A stretch of DNA of 64,000 bases from the NCBI GenBank assembly GCA_964016885.1, contig OZ024742.1:347386001-347450000 (forward strand). The letters are read 5' to 3'. Within the stretch, counting starts at the first letter, position 1, and each line of letters opens with the position of its first letter. The notes beneath the pieces are model-generated. The model had not been told where the DNA came from and did no database searches. It saw only the letters and a program-made list of their open reading frames with translations. The stretch comes from Eledone cirrhosa. Lineage: Eukaryota. Positions 34,901 to 49,900 of the stretch are shown in pieces. Position numbers and translations under genes: made by a program.

Positions 34901-37900
34901 TCACATCTCTATATCACAGTCTTCTCTCACTCCATCACATCTCTATATTAGTCTTCTCTCATCCCATCACATCTCTATAACACAGTCTTCTCTCACCCCA
35001 TCACATCTCTATATCACAGTCTTCTCTCATCCCATCACATCTCTATATCACAGTCTTCTCTCACCCCATCACATCTCTATATCACAGTCTTCTCTCACCT
35101 CATCACATCTCTATAACACAGTCTTCTCTCACCCCATCACATCTCTATAACACAGTCTTCTCTCACCCCATCACATCTATATAACACAGTCTTCTTTCAT
35201 CCCATCACATCTCTTCTATATCAGTCTTCTCTCACCCCATCACATCTCTATATCACAGTCTTCTCTCATCCCATCTCATCTCTATATCAGTCTTCTCTCA
35301 CCCCATCACATCTCTATAACACAGTCTTCTCTCACCCCATCACATCTCTATATCACAGTCTTCTCTCACCCCATCACATCTCTATATCAGTCTTCTCTCA
35401 TCCCATCACATCTCTATTAAACAGTCTTCTCTCACCCCATCACATCTCTATATCACAATCTTCTCTCACCCCATCACATCTCTATATCAGTCTTCTCTCA
35501 TCCCATCACATCTCTATATCACAGTCTTCTCTCACCCCATCACATCTCTATAACACAGTCTTCTCTCATCCCATCTCATCTCTATATCAGTCTTCTCTCA
35601 CCCCATCACATCTCTATATCACAGTGTTCTCTCATCCCATCTCATCTCTATATCAGTCTTCTCTCACCCCATCACATCTCTATATCACAGTCTTCTCTCA
35701 CCCCATCGCATCTCTATAACACAGTCTTCTCTCATCCCATCTCATCTCTATATCAGTCTTCTCTCACCCCATCACATATCTATATCACAGTCTTCTCTCA
35801 TCCCATCTCATCTCTATAAAACAGTCTTCTCTCACCCCATCACATCTCTATATCACAGTCTTCTCTCACCCCATCACATCTCTATATCAGTCTTCTCTCA
35901 CCCCATCACATCTCTATATCACAGTCTTCTCTCATCCCATCACCTCTCTATAACAGTCTTCTCTCACCCCATCATATCTCTATATCACAGTCTTCTCTCA
36001 TCCCATCACATCTCTATATCACAGTCTTCTCTAATCCCATCTCATCTCTATATCAGTCTTCTCTCACCCCATCACATCTCTATATCACAGTCTTCTCTCA
36101 CCCCATCACATCTCTATGTAAGTCTTCTCTCATCCCATCACATCTCTATAACACAGTCTTCTCTCACCCCATCACATCTCTATATCACAGTCTTCTCTCA
36201 ACCCATCACATCTCTATATCACAGTCTTCTCTCACCTTATCACATCTCTATAACACAGTCTTCTCTCACCCCATCACATCTCTATAACACAGTCTTCTCT
36301 GACCCCATCACATCTATATAACACAGTCTTCTTTCATCCCATCACATCTCTATATCACAGTCTTCTCTCACCCCATCACATCTCTATATCACAGTCTTCT
36401 CTCATCCCATCTCATCTCTATATCAGTCTTCTCTCATCCCATCACATCTCTATAACACAGTCTTCTCTCACCCCATCACATCTCTATAACACAGTCTTCT
36501 CTCATCCCATCACATCTCTATAACAAAGTCTTCTCTCACCTCATCACATCTCTATAAAAGTCTTCTCTCACCCCATCACATCTCTATATCAGTCTTCTCT
36601 CATCCCATCTCATCTCTATATCAGTCTTCTCTCACCCCATCACATCTCTATATCACAGTCTTCTCTCACCCCATCACATCTCTATAACACAGTCTTCTCT
36701 CATCCCATCTCATCTCTATATCAGTCTTCTCTCACCCCATCACATATCTATATCACAGTCTTCTCTCATCCCATCTCATCTCTATAAAACAGTCTTCTCT
36801 CACCCCATCACATCTCTATATCACAGTCTTCTCTCACCCCATCACATCTCTATATCAGTCTTCTTTCACCCCATCACATCTCTATAACACAGTCTTCTCT
36901 CATCCCATCTCATCTCTATATCAGTCTTCATTCACCCCATCACATCTCTATATCACAGTCTTCTCTCACCCCATCACATCTCTATAACACAGTCTTCTCT
37001 CATCCCATCTCATCTCTATATCAGTCTTCTCTCACCCCATCACATATCTATATCACAGTCTTCTCTCATCCCATCTCATCTCTATAAAACAGTCTTCTCT
37101 CACCCCATCACATCTCTATATCACAGTCTTCTCTCACCCCATCACATCTCTATATCAGTCTTCTCTCACCCCATCACATCTCTATATCACAGTCTTCTCT
37201 CATCCCATCACATCTCTATATCACAGTCTTCTCTCACCTCATCACATATCTATATCACAGTCTTCTCTCATCCCATCACATCTCTATATCAGTCTTCTCT
37301 CACCCCACCACATCTCTATATCACAGACTTCTCTCATCCCATCTCATCTCTATATCAGTCTTCTCTCACCCCACCACATCTCTATATCACAGTCTTCTCT
37401 CACCCCATCACATCTCTATCTAAGTCTTCTCTCATCCCTTCACATCTCTATAACACAGTCTTCTCTCACCTCATCACATCTCTATATCACAGTCTTCTCT
37501 CACTCCATCACATCTCTATATTAGTCTTCTCTCACCCCATCACATCTCTATATCACAGTCTTCTCTCACCCCATCACATCTCTATATCACATTCTTCTCT
37601 CACCTCATCACATCTCTATAACACAGTCTTCTCTCACCCCATCACATCTCTATAACACAGTCTTCTTTCATCCCATCACATCTCTATATCACAGTCTTCT
37701 CTCACCCCATCACATCTCTATATCACAGTCTTCTCTCATCCCATCTCATCTCTATATCAGTCTTCTCTCACCCCATCATATCTCTATATCACAGTCTTCT
37801 CTCACCCCATCACCTCTCTATAATACAGTCTTCTCTCACCCCATCATATCTCTATAACACAGTCTTCTCTCATCCCATCACATCTCTATAACACAGACTT

Positions 37901-40900
37901 CTCTCACCTCATCACATCTCTATATCACAGTGTTCTCTCACCCCATCACATTTCTATAACACAGACTTCTCTCACCTCATCACATCTCTATATCACAGTC
38001 TTCTGTTACCCCATAACATCTCTATATCACAGTCTTCTCTCACTCCATCACATCTCTATAACACAGTCTTCTCTCACCTCATCACATCTCTATATCACAG
38101 TCTTCTCTCACCCCATCACATCTCCATATCACAGTCTTCTCTCACTCCATCACATCTCTATGTAAGTCTTCTCTCACCCCATCACATCTCTATAACACAG
38201 ACTTCTCTCACCTCATCACATCTCTATATCAGTTTTCTGTCACCCCATAACATCTCTATATCACAGTCTTCTCTCACTCCATCACATCTCTATAACACAG
38301 TCTTCTCTCACCTCATCACATCTCTATAACACAGTCTTCTCTCACCCCATCACATCTCTATATCACAGTCTTCTCTCACCCCATAACATCTCTATATCAC
38401 AGTCTTCTCTCACTCCATCACATCTCTATATCAGTTTTCTCTCACCCCATCACATCTATATATCACAGTCTTCTCTCATCCCATCTCATCTCTATATCAG
38501 TAATCTCTCACCCCATCACATCTCTATATCAGTCTTCTCTCATCCCATCACATCTCTATAAAACAGTCTTCGCTCACCCCATCACATCTCTATATCACAG
38601 TGTTCTCTCATCCCATCTCATCTCTATATCAGTAATCTCTCACCCCATCACATCTCTATAACACAGTCTTCTCTCATCCCATCTCATCTCTATATCAGTC
38701 TTCTCTCACCCCATCACATCTCTATATCACAGTGTTCTCTCATCCCATCTCATCTCTATATCAGTCTTCTCTCACCCCATCACATCTCTATATCACAGTC
38801 TTCTCTCACCCCATCACATCTCCATATCACAGTCTTCTCTCACCCCATCACATCTCTATATCACAGTCTTCTCTCATCCCATCACATCTCTATAACAGTC
38901 TTCTCTCACCCCATCACATCTCTATATCATAGTCTTCTCTCATCCCATCACATCTCTATATCACAGTCTTCTCTCATCCCATCTCATCTCTATATCAGTC
39001 TTCTCTCACCCCATCACATCTCTATATCACAGTCTTCTCTCATCCCATCACATCTCCATATCACAGTCTTCTCTCACCCCATCACATCTCTATGTAAGTC
39101 TTCTCTCATCCCATCACATCTGTATAACACAGTCTTCTCTCACCTCATCACATCTCTATATCACAGTCTTCTCTCACTCCATCACATCTCTATATTAGTC
39201 TTCTCTCACCCCATCACATCTCTATATCACAGTCTTCTCTCACCCCATCACATCTCTATATCACAGTCTTCTCTCACCTCATCACATCTCTATAACACAG
39301 TCTTCTCTCACCCCATAACATCTCTATAACACAGTCTTCTCTCACCCCATCACATCTATATAACACAGTATTCTTTCATCCCATCACATCTCTATATCAC
39401 AGTCTTCTCTCACCCCATCACATCTCTATATCACAGTCTTCTCTCATCCCATCTCATCTCTGTATCAGTCTTCTCTCACCCCATCACATCTCTATAACAC
39501 AGTCTTCTCTAACCCCATCACATCTCTATATCACAGTCTTCTCTCACCCCATCACATCTCTATATAACAGTCTTCTCTCATCCCATCTCATCTCTATATC
39601 AGTCTTCTCTCGTCCCATCACATCTCTATAACACAGTCTTCTCTCACCCCATCACATCTCTATATCACAGTCTTCTCTCACCCCATCACATCTCTATATC
39701 ACAGTCTTCTCTCACCCCCATCACATCTCTATATCACAGTCATCTCTCACCTCATCACATCAATATAACACAGACTTCTCTCACCCCATCACATCTCTAT
39801 AACACAGTCTTCTCTCACCCCATCACATCTATATAACACAGTCTTCTTTCATCCCATCACATCTCTATATCACAGTCCTCTCTCACCCCATCACATCTCT
39901 ATATCACAGTCTTCTCTCATCCCATCTCATCTCTATATCAGTCTTCTCTCACCCCATCACATCTCTATAACACAGTCTTCTCTCACCCCATAACATCTCT
40001 ATATCACAGTCTTCTCTCACTCCATCACATCTCTATATCAGTTTTCTTTCACCCCATCACATCTATATATCACAGTCTTCTCTCATCCCATCTCATCTCT
40101 ATATCAGTCATCTCTCACCCCATCACATCTCTATATCAGTCTTCTCTCATCCCATCACATCTCTATAAAACAGTCTTCGCTCACCCCATCACATCTCTAT
40201 ATCACAGTCTTCACTCACCCCATCACATCTCAATATCAGTCTTCTCTCATCCCATCACATCTCTATATCACAGACTTCTCTCACCCCATCACATCTCTAT
40301 AACACAGTCTTCTCTCATCCCATCTCATCTCTATATCAGTCTTCTCTCACCCCATTACATCTCTATATCACAGTGTTCTCTCATCCCATCTCATCTCTAT
40401 ATCAGTCTTCTCTCACCCCATCACATCTCTATATCACAGTCTTCTCTCACCCCATCACATCTCCATATCACAGTCTTCTCTCACCCCATCACATCTCTAT
40501 ATCACAGTCTTCTCTCATCCCATCACATCTCTATAACAGTCTTCTCTCACCCCATCACATCTCTATATCATAGTCTTCTCTCATCCCATCACATGTCTAT
40601 ATCACAGTCTTCTCTCATCCCATCTCATCTCTATATCAGTCTTCTCTCACCCTATCACATCTCTATATCACAGTCTTCTCTCATCCCATCACATCTCCAT
40701 ATCACAGTCTTCTCTCACCCCATCACATCTCTATGTAAGTCTTCTCTCATCCCATCACATCTCTATAACACAGTCTTCTCTCACCTCATCACATCTCTAT
40801 ATCACAGTCTTCTCTCACTCCATCACATCTCTATATTAGTCTTCTCTCACCCCATCACATCTCTATATCACAGTCTTCTCTCACCCCATCACATCTCTAT

Positions 40901-43900
40901 ATCACAGTCTTCTCTCACCTCATCACATCTCTATAACACAGTCTTCTCTCACCCCATCACATCTCTATAACACAGTCTTCTCTCACCCCATCACATCTAT
41001 ATAACACAGTATTCTTTCATCCCATCACATCTCTATATCACAGTCTTCTCTCACCCCATCACATCTCTATATCACAGTCTTCTCTCATCCCATCTCATCT
41101 CTGTATCAGTCTTCTCTCACCCCATCACATCTCTATATCACAGTCTTCTCTCATCCCATCTCATCTCTATAAAACAGTCTTCTCTCACCCCATCACATCT
41201 CTATATCACAGTCTTCTCTCACCCCATCACATCTCTATATCAGTCTTCTTTCACCCCATCACATCTCTATAACACAGTCTTCTCTCATCCCATCTCATCT
41301 CTATATCAGTCTTCTCTCACCCCATCACATCTCTATATCACAGTCTTCTCTCACCCCATCACATCTCTATAACACAGTCTTCTCTCATCCCATCTCATCT
41401 CTATATCAGTCTTCTCTCACCCCATCACATATCTATATCACAGTCTTCTCTCATCCCATCTCATCTCTATAAAACAGTCTTCTCTAACCCCATCACATCT
41501 CTATATCACAGTCTTCTCTCACCCCATCACATCTCTATATCACAGTCTTCTCTCATCCCATCTCATCTCTATATCAGTCTTCTCTCGTCCCATCATATCT
41601 CTATAACACAGTCTTCTCTCACCCCATCACATCTCTATATCACAGTCTTCTCTCACCCCATCACATCTCTATATCACAGTCTTCTCTCACCCCCATCACA
41701 TCTCTATATCACAGTCTTCTCTCACCTCATCACATCAATATAACACAGTCTTCACTCACCCCATCACATCTCTATAACACAGTCTTCTCTCACCCCATCA
41801 CATCTATATAACACAGTCTTCTTTCATCCCATCACATCTCTATATCACAGTCCTCTCTCACCCCATCACATCTCTATATCACAGTCTTCTCTCATCCCAT
41901 CTCATCTCTATATCAGTCTTCTCTCACCCCATCACATCTCTATAACACAGTCTTCTCTCACCCCATCACATCTATATAACACAGTCTTCTTTCATCCCAT
42001 CACATCTCTATATCACAGTCTTCTCTCACCCCATCACATCTCTATATCACAGTCTTCTCTCATCCCATCTCATCTCTGTATCAGTCTTCTCTCACCCCAT
42101 CACATCTCTATAACACAGTCTTCTCTCACCCCATCACATCTCTATATCACAGTCTTCTCTCACCCCATCACATCTCTATATCACAGTCTTCTCTCATCCC
42201 ATCTCATCTCTATATCAGTCTTCTCTCATCCCATCACATCTCTATAACACAGTCTTCTCTCACCCCATCACATCTCTATATCACAGTCTTCTCTCACCCC
42301 ATCACATCTCTATATCACAGTCTTCTCTCAGCCCATCACATCTCTATATCACAGTCTTCTCTCACCTCATCACATCTCTATAACACAGTCTTCTCTCACT
42401 CCATCACATCTCTATAACACATTCTTCTCTCACCCCATCACATCTATATAACACAGTCTTCTTTCATCCCATCACATCTCTATATCACAGTCTTCTCTCA
42501 TCCCATCTCATCTCTATATCAGTCTTCTCTCACCCCATCACATCTCTATAACACAGTCTTCTCTCACCCCATCACATCTCTATATCACAGTCTTCTCTCA
42601 CCCCATCACATCTCTATATCAGTCTTCTCTCATCCCATCACATCTCTATAAAACAGTCTTCGCTCACCCCATCACATCTCTATATCACAGTCTTCTCTCA
42701 CCCCATCACATCTCTATATCAGTCTTCTCTCATCCCATCACATCTCTATAACACAGGGTTCTCTCATCCCATCTCATCTCTATATCAGTCTTCTCTCACC
42801 CCATCACATCTCTATATCACAGTGTTCTCTCATCCCATCTCATCTCTATATCAGTCTTCTCTCACCCCATCACATATCTATATCACAGTCTTCTCTCATC
42901 CCATCTCATCTCTATAAAACAGTCTTCTCTCACCCCATCACATCTCTATATCACAGTCTTCTCTCACCCCATCACATCTCTATATCAGTCTTCTCTCACC
43001 CCATCACATCTCTATATCACAGTCTTCTCTCATCCCATCACCTCTCTATAACAGTCTTCTCTCACCCCATCACATCTCTATATCACAGTCTTCTCTCATC
43101 CCATCACATCTCTATATCACAGTCTTCTCTCACCCCATCACATCTCTATATCAGTCTTCTCTCACCCCATCACATCTCTATATCACAGTCTTCTCTCATC
43201 CCATCACCTCTCTATAACAGTCTTCTCTCACCCCATCACATCTCTATATCACAGTCTTCTCTCATCCCATCACATCTCCATATCACAGTCGTCTCTCACC
43301 CCATCACATCTCTATGTAAGTCTTCTCTCGTCCAATCACATCTCTATAACACAGTCTTCTCTCACCTCATCACATCTCTATATCACAGTCTTCTCTCACT
43401 CCATCACATCTCTATATTAGTCTTCTCTCACCCCATCACATCTCTATATCACAGTCTTCTCTCACCCCATCACATCTCTATATCACAGTCTTCTCTCACC
43501 TCATCACATCTCTATAACACAGTCTTCTCTCACCCCATCACATCTCTATAACACAGTCTTCTCTCACCCCATCACATCTATATAACACAGTCTTCTTTCA
43601 TCCCATCACATCTCTATATCACAGTCTTCTCTCACCCCATCACATCTCTATATCACAGTCTTCTCTCACCCCATCACATCTCTATATTAGTCTTCTCTCA
43701 TCCCATCACATCTCTATAACACAGTCTTCTCTCACCCCATCACATCTCTATAACACAGTCTTCTCTCATCCCATCACATCTCTATAACAAAGTCTTCTCT
43801 CACCTCATCACATCTCTATAAAAGTCTTCTCTCACCTCATCACATCTCTATAAAAGTCTTCTTTCACCCCATCATATCTCTATATCACAGTCTTCTCTCA

Positions 43901-46900
43901 CCCCATCACATCTCTTCTATATCAGTCTTCTCTCACCCCATCACATCTCTATATCACAGTCTTCTCTCATCCAATCACATCTCTATATCAGTCTTCTCTC
44001 ACCCCATCACATCTCTATATCAGTCTTCTCTCACCCCATCACATCTCTATATCAGTCTTCTCTCACCCCATCACATCTCTATATCACAGTCTTCTCTCAC
44101 CCCATCACATCTCTATAACACAGTCTTCTCTCATCCCATCTCATCTCTATATCAGTCTTCTGTCACCCCATCACATCTCTATATCACAGTCTTCTCTCAC
44201 CCCATCACATCTCTATATCAGTCTTCTCTCACCCCATCACATCTCTATATCACAGTCTTCTCTCATCCCATCACATCTCTATATCACAGTCTTCTCTCAC
44301 CTCATCACATCTCTATAAAAGTCTTCTCTCACCCCATCACATCTCTATATCAGTCTTCTCTCACCCCATCACATCTCTATATCACAGTCTTCTCTCACCC
44401 CATCACATCTCTATAACACAGTCTTCTCTCATCCCATCTCATCTCTATATCAGTCTTCTCTCACCCCATCACATATCTATATCACAGTCTTCTCTCATCC
44501 CATCTCATCTCTATAAAACAGTCTTCTCTCACCCCATCACATCTCTATATCACAGTCTTCTCTCACCCCATCACATCTCTATATCAGTCTTCTTTCACCC
44601 CATCACATCTCTATAACACAGTCTTCTCTCATCCCATCTCATCTCTATATCAGTCTTCTCTCACCCCATCACATCTCTATATCACAGTCTTCTCTCACCC
44701 CATCACATCTCTATAACACAGTCTTCTCTCATCCCATCTCATCTCTATATCAGTCTTCTCTCACCCCATCACATATCTATATCACAGTCTTCTCTCATCC
44801 CATCTCATCTCTATAAAACAGTCTTCTCTCACCCCATCACATCTCTATATCACAGTCTTCTCTCACCCCATCACATCTCTATATCAGTCTTCTCTCACCC
44901 CATCACATCTCTATATCACAGTCTTCTCTCATCCCATCACATCTCTATATCACAGTCTTCTCTCACCTCATCACATATCTATATCACAGTCTTCTCTCAT
45001 CCCATCTCATCTCTATATCAGTCTTCTCTCACCCCACCACATCTCTATATCACAGTCTTCTCTCACCCCATCACATCTCTATGTAAGTCTTCTCTCATCC
45101 CTTCACATCTCTATAACACAGTCTTCTCTCACCTCATCACATCTCTATATCACAGTCTTCTCTCACTCCATCACATCTCTATATTAGTCTTCTCTCACGC
45201 CATCACATCTCTATATCACAGTCTTCTCTCACCCCATCACATCTCTATATCACATTCTTCTCTCACCTCATCACATCTCTATAACACAGTCTTCTCTCAC
45301 CCCATCACATCTCTATAACACAGTCTTCTTTCATCCCATCACATCTCTATATCACAGTCTTCTCTCACCCCATCACATCTCTATATCACAGTCTTCTCTC
45401 ATCCCATCTCATCTCTATATCAGTCTTCTCTCACCCCATCATATCTCTATATCACAGTCTTCTCTCACCCCATCACCTCTCTATAATACAGTCTTCTCTC
45501 ACCCCATCATATCTCAATAACACAGTCTTCTCTCATCCCATCACATCTCTATAACACAGACTTCTCTCACCTCATCACATCTCTATATCACAGTGTTCTC
45601 TCACCCCATCACATTTCTATAACACAGACTTCTCTCACCTCATCACATCTCTATATCACAGTCTTCTGTCACCCCATAACATCTCTATATCACAGTCTTC
45701 TCTCACTCCATCACATCTCTATAACACAGTATTCTCTCACCTCATCACATCTCTATATCACAGTCTTCTCTCACCCCATCACATCTCCATATCACAGTCT
45801 TCTCTCACTCCATCACATCTCTATGTAAGTCTTCTCTCACCCCATCACATCTCTATAACACAGACTTCTCTCACCTCATCACATCTCTATATCAGTTTTC
45901 TGTCACCCCATAACATCACTATATCACAGTCTTCTCTCACTCCATCACATCTCTATAACACAGTCTTCTCTCACCTCATCACATCTCTATAACACAGTCT
46001 TCTCTCACCCCATCACATCTCTATATCACAGTCTTCTCTCACCCCATAACATCTCTATATCACAGTCTTCTCTCACTCCATCACATCTCTATATCAGTTT
46101 TCTCTCACCCCATCACATCTATATATCACAGTCTTCTCTCATCCCATCTCATCTCTATATCAGTCATCTCTCACCCCATCACATCTCTATATCAGTCTGC
46201 TCTCATCCCATCACATCTCTATAAAACAGTCTTCGCTCACCCCATCACATCTCTATATCACAGTCTTCACTCACCCCATCACATCTCAATATCAGTCTTC
46301 ACTCATCCCATCACATCTCTATATCACAGTCTTCTCTCACCCCATCACATCTTTATAACACAGTCTTCTCTCATCCCATCTCATCTCTATATCAGTCTTC
46401 TCTCACCCCATCACATCTCTATATCACAGTGTTCTCTCATCCCATCTCATCTCTATATCAGTCATCTCTCACCCCATCACATCTCTATATCAGTCTTCTC
46501 TCATCCCATCACATCTCTATAAAACAGTCTTCGCTCACCCCATCACATCTCTATATCACAGTCTTCACTCACCCCATCACATCTCAATATCAGTCTTCTC
46601 TCATCCCATCACATCTCTATATCACAGACTTCTCTCACCCCATCACATCTCTATAACACAGTCTTCTCTCATCCCATCTCATCTCTATATCAGTCTTCTC
46701 TCACCCCATTACATCTCTATATCACAGTGTTCTCTCATCCCATCTCATCTCTATATCAGTCTTCTCTCACCCCATCACATCTCTATATCACAGTCTTCTC
46801 TCACCCCATCACATCTCCATATCACAGTCTTCTCTCACCCCATCACATCTCTATATCACAGTCTTCTCTCATCCCATCACATCTCTATAACAGTCTTCTC

Positions 46901-49900
46901 TCACCCCATCACATCTCTATATCATAGTCTTCTCTCATCCCATCACATGTCTATATCACAGTCTTCTCTCATCCCATCTCATCTCTATATCAGTCTTCTC
47001 TCACCCCATCACATCTCTATATCACAGTCTTCTCTCATCCCATCACATCTCCATATCACAGTCTTCTCTCACCCCATCACATCTCTATGTAAGTCTTCTC
47101 TCATCCCATCACATCTCTATAACACAGTCTTCTCTCACCTCATCACATCTCTATATCACAGTCTTCTCTCACTCCATCACATCTCTATATTAGTCTTCTC
47201 TCACCCCATCACATCTCTATATCACAGTCTTCTCTCACCCCATCACATCTCTATATCACAGTCTTCTCTCACCTCATCACATCTCTATAACACAGTCTTC
47301 TCTCACCCCATCACATCTCTATAACACAGTCTTCTCTCACCCCATCACATCTCTATATCACAGTCTTCTCTCACCCCATCACATCTCTATATCACAGTCT
47401 TCTCTCACCCCCACCACATCTCTATATCACAGTCTTCTCTCACCTCATCACATCAATATAACACAGTCTTCTCTCACCCCATCACATCTCTATAACACAG
47501 TCTTCTCTCACCCCATCACATCTATATAACACAGTCTTCTTTCATCCCATCACATCTCTATATCACAGTCTTCTCTCATCCCATCTCATCTCTATAAAAC
47601 AGTCTTCTCTAACCCCATCACATCTCTATATCACAGTCTTCTCTCACCCCATCACATCTCTATATCACAGTCTTCTCTCATCCCATCTCATCTCTATATC
47701 AGTCTTCTCTCACCCCATCACATCTCTATATCACAGTCTTCTCTCACCCCATCACATCTCTATAACACAGTCTTCTCTCATCCCATCTCATCTCTATATC
47801 AGTCTTCTCTCACCCCATCACATATCTATATCACAGTCTTCTCTCATCCCATCTCATCTCTATAAAACAGTCTTCTCTAACCCCATCACATCTCTATATC
47901 ACAGTCTTCTCTCACCCCATCACATCTCTATATCACAGTCTTCTCTCATCCCATCTCATCTCTATATCAGTCTTCTCTCGTCCCATCATATCTCTATAAC
48001 ACAGTCTTCTCTCACCCCATCACATCTCTATATCACAGTCTTCTCTCACCCCATCACATCTCTATATCACAGTCTTCTCTCACCCCCATCACATCTCTAT
48101 ATCACAGTCTTCTCTCACCTCATCACATCAATATAACACAGTCTTCTCTCACCCCATCACATCTCTATAACACAGTCTTCTCTCACCCCATCACATCTAT
48201 ATAACACAGTCTTCTTTCATCCCATCACATCTCTATATCACAGTCCTCTCTCACCCCATCACATCTCTATATCACAGTCTTCTCTCATCCCATCTCATCT
48301 CTATATCAGTCTTCTCTCACCCCATCACATCTCTATAACACAGTCTTCTCTCACCCCATCACATCTATATAACACAGTCTTCTTTCATCCCATCACATCT
48401 CTATATCACAGTCTTCTCTCACCCCATCACATCTCTATATCACAGTCTTCTCTCATCCCATCTCATCTCTGTATCAGTCTTCTCTCACCCCATCACATCT
48501 CTATAACACAGTCTTCTCTCACCCCATCACATCTCTATATCACAGTCTTCTCTCACCCCATCACATCTCTATATCACAGTCTTCTCTCATCCCATCTCAT
48601 CTCTATATCAGTCTTCTCTCATCCCATCACATCTCTATAACACAGTCTTCTCTCACCCCATCACATCTCTATATCACAGTCTTCTCTCACCCCATCACAT
48701 CTCTATATCACAGTCTTCTCTCAGCCCATCACATCTCTATATCACAGTCTTCTCTCACCTCATCACATCTCTATAACACAGTCTTCTCTCACTCCATCAC
48801 ATCTCTATAACACATTCTTCTCTCACCCCATCACATCTATATAACACAGTCTTCTTTCATCCCATCACATCTCTATATCACAGTCTTCTCTCATCCCATC
48901 TCATCTCTATATCAGTCTTCTCTCACCCCATCACATCTCTATAACACAGTCTTCTCTCACCCCATCACATCTCTATATCACAGTCTTCTCTCACCCCATC
49001 ACATCTCTATATCAGTCTTCTCTCATCCCATCACATCTCTATAAAACAGTCTTCGCTCACCCCATCACATCTCTATATCACAGTCTTCTCTCACCCCATC
49101 ACATCTCTATATCAGTCTTCTCTCATCCCATCACATCTCTATAACACAGTGTTCTCTCATCCCATCTCATCTCTATATCAGTCTTCTCTCACCCCATCAC
49201 ATCTCTATATCACAGTGTTCTCTCATCCCATCTCATCTCTATATCAGTCTTCTCTCACCCCATCACATATCTATATCACAGTCTTCTCTCATCCCATCTC
49301 ATCTCTATAAAACAGTCTTCTCTCACCCCATCACATCTCTATATCACAGTCTTCTCTCACCCCATCACATCTCTATATCAGTCTTCTCTCACCCCATCAC
49401 ATCTCTATATCACAGTCTTCTCTCATCCCATCACCTCTCTATAACAGTCTTCTCTCACCCCATCACATCTCTATATCACAGTCTTCTCTCATCCCATCAC
49501 ATCTCTATATCACAGTCTTCTCTCACCCCATCACATCTCTATATCAGTCTTCTCTCACCCCATCACATCTCTATATCACAGTCTTCTCTCATCCCATCAC
49601 CTCTCTATAACAGTCTTCTCTCACCCCATCACATCTCTATATCACAGTCTTCTCTCATCCCATCACATCTCCATATCACAGTCGTCTCTCACCCCATCAC
49701 ATCTCTATGTAAGTCTTCTCTCGTCCAATCACATCTCTATAACACAGTCTTCTCTCACCTCATCACATCTCTATATCACAGTCTTCTCTCACTCCATCAC
49801 ATCTCTATATTAGTCTTCTCTCACCCCATCACATCTCTATATCACAGTCTTCTCTCACCCCATCACATCTCTATATCACAGTCTTCTCTCACCTCATCAC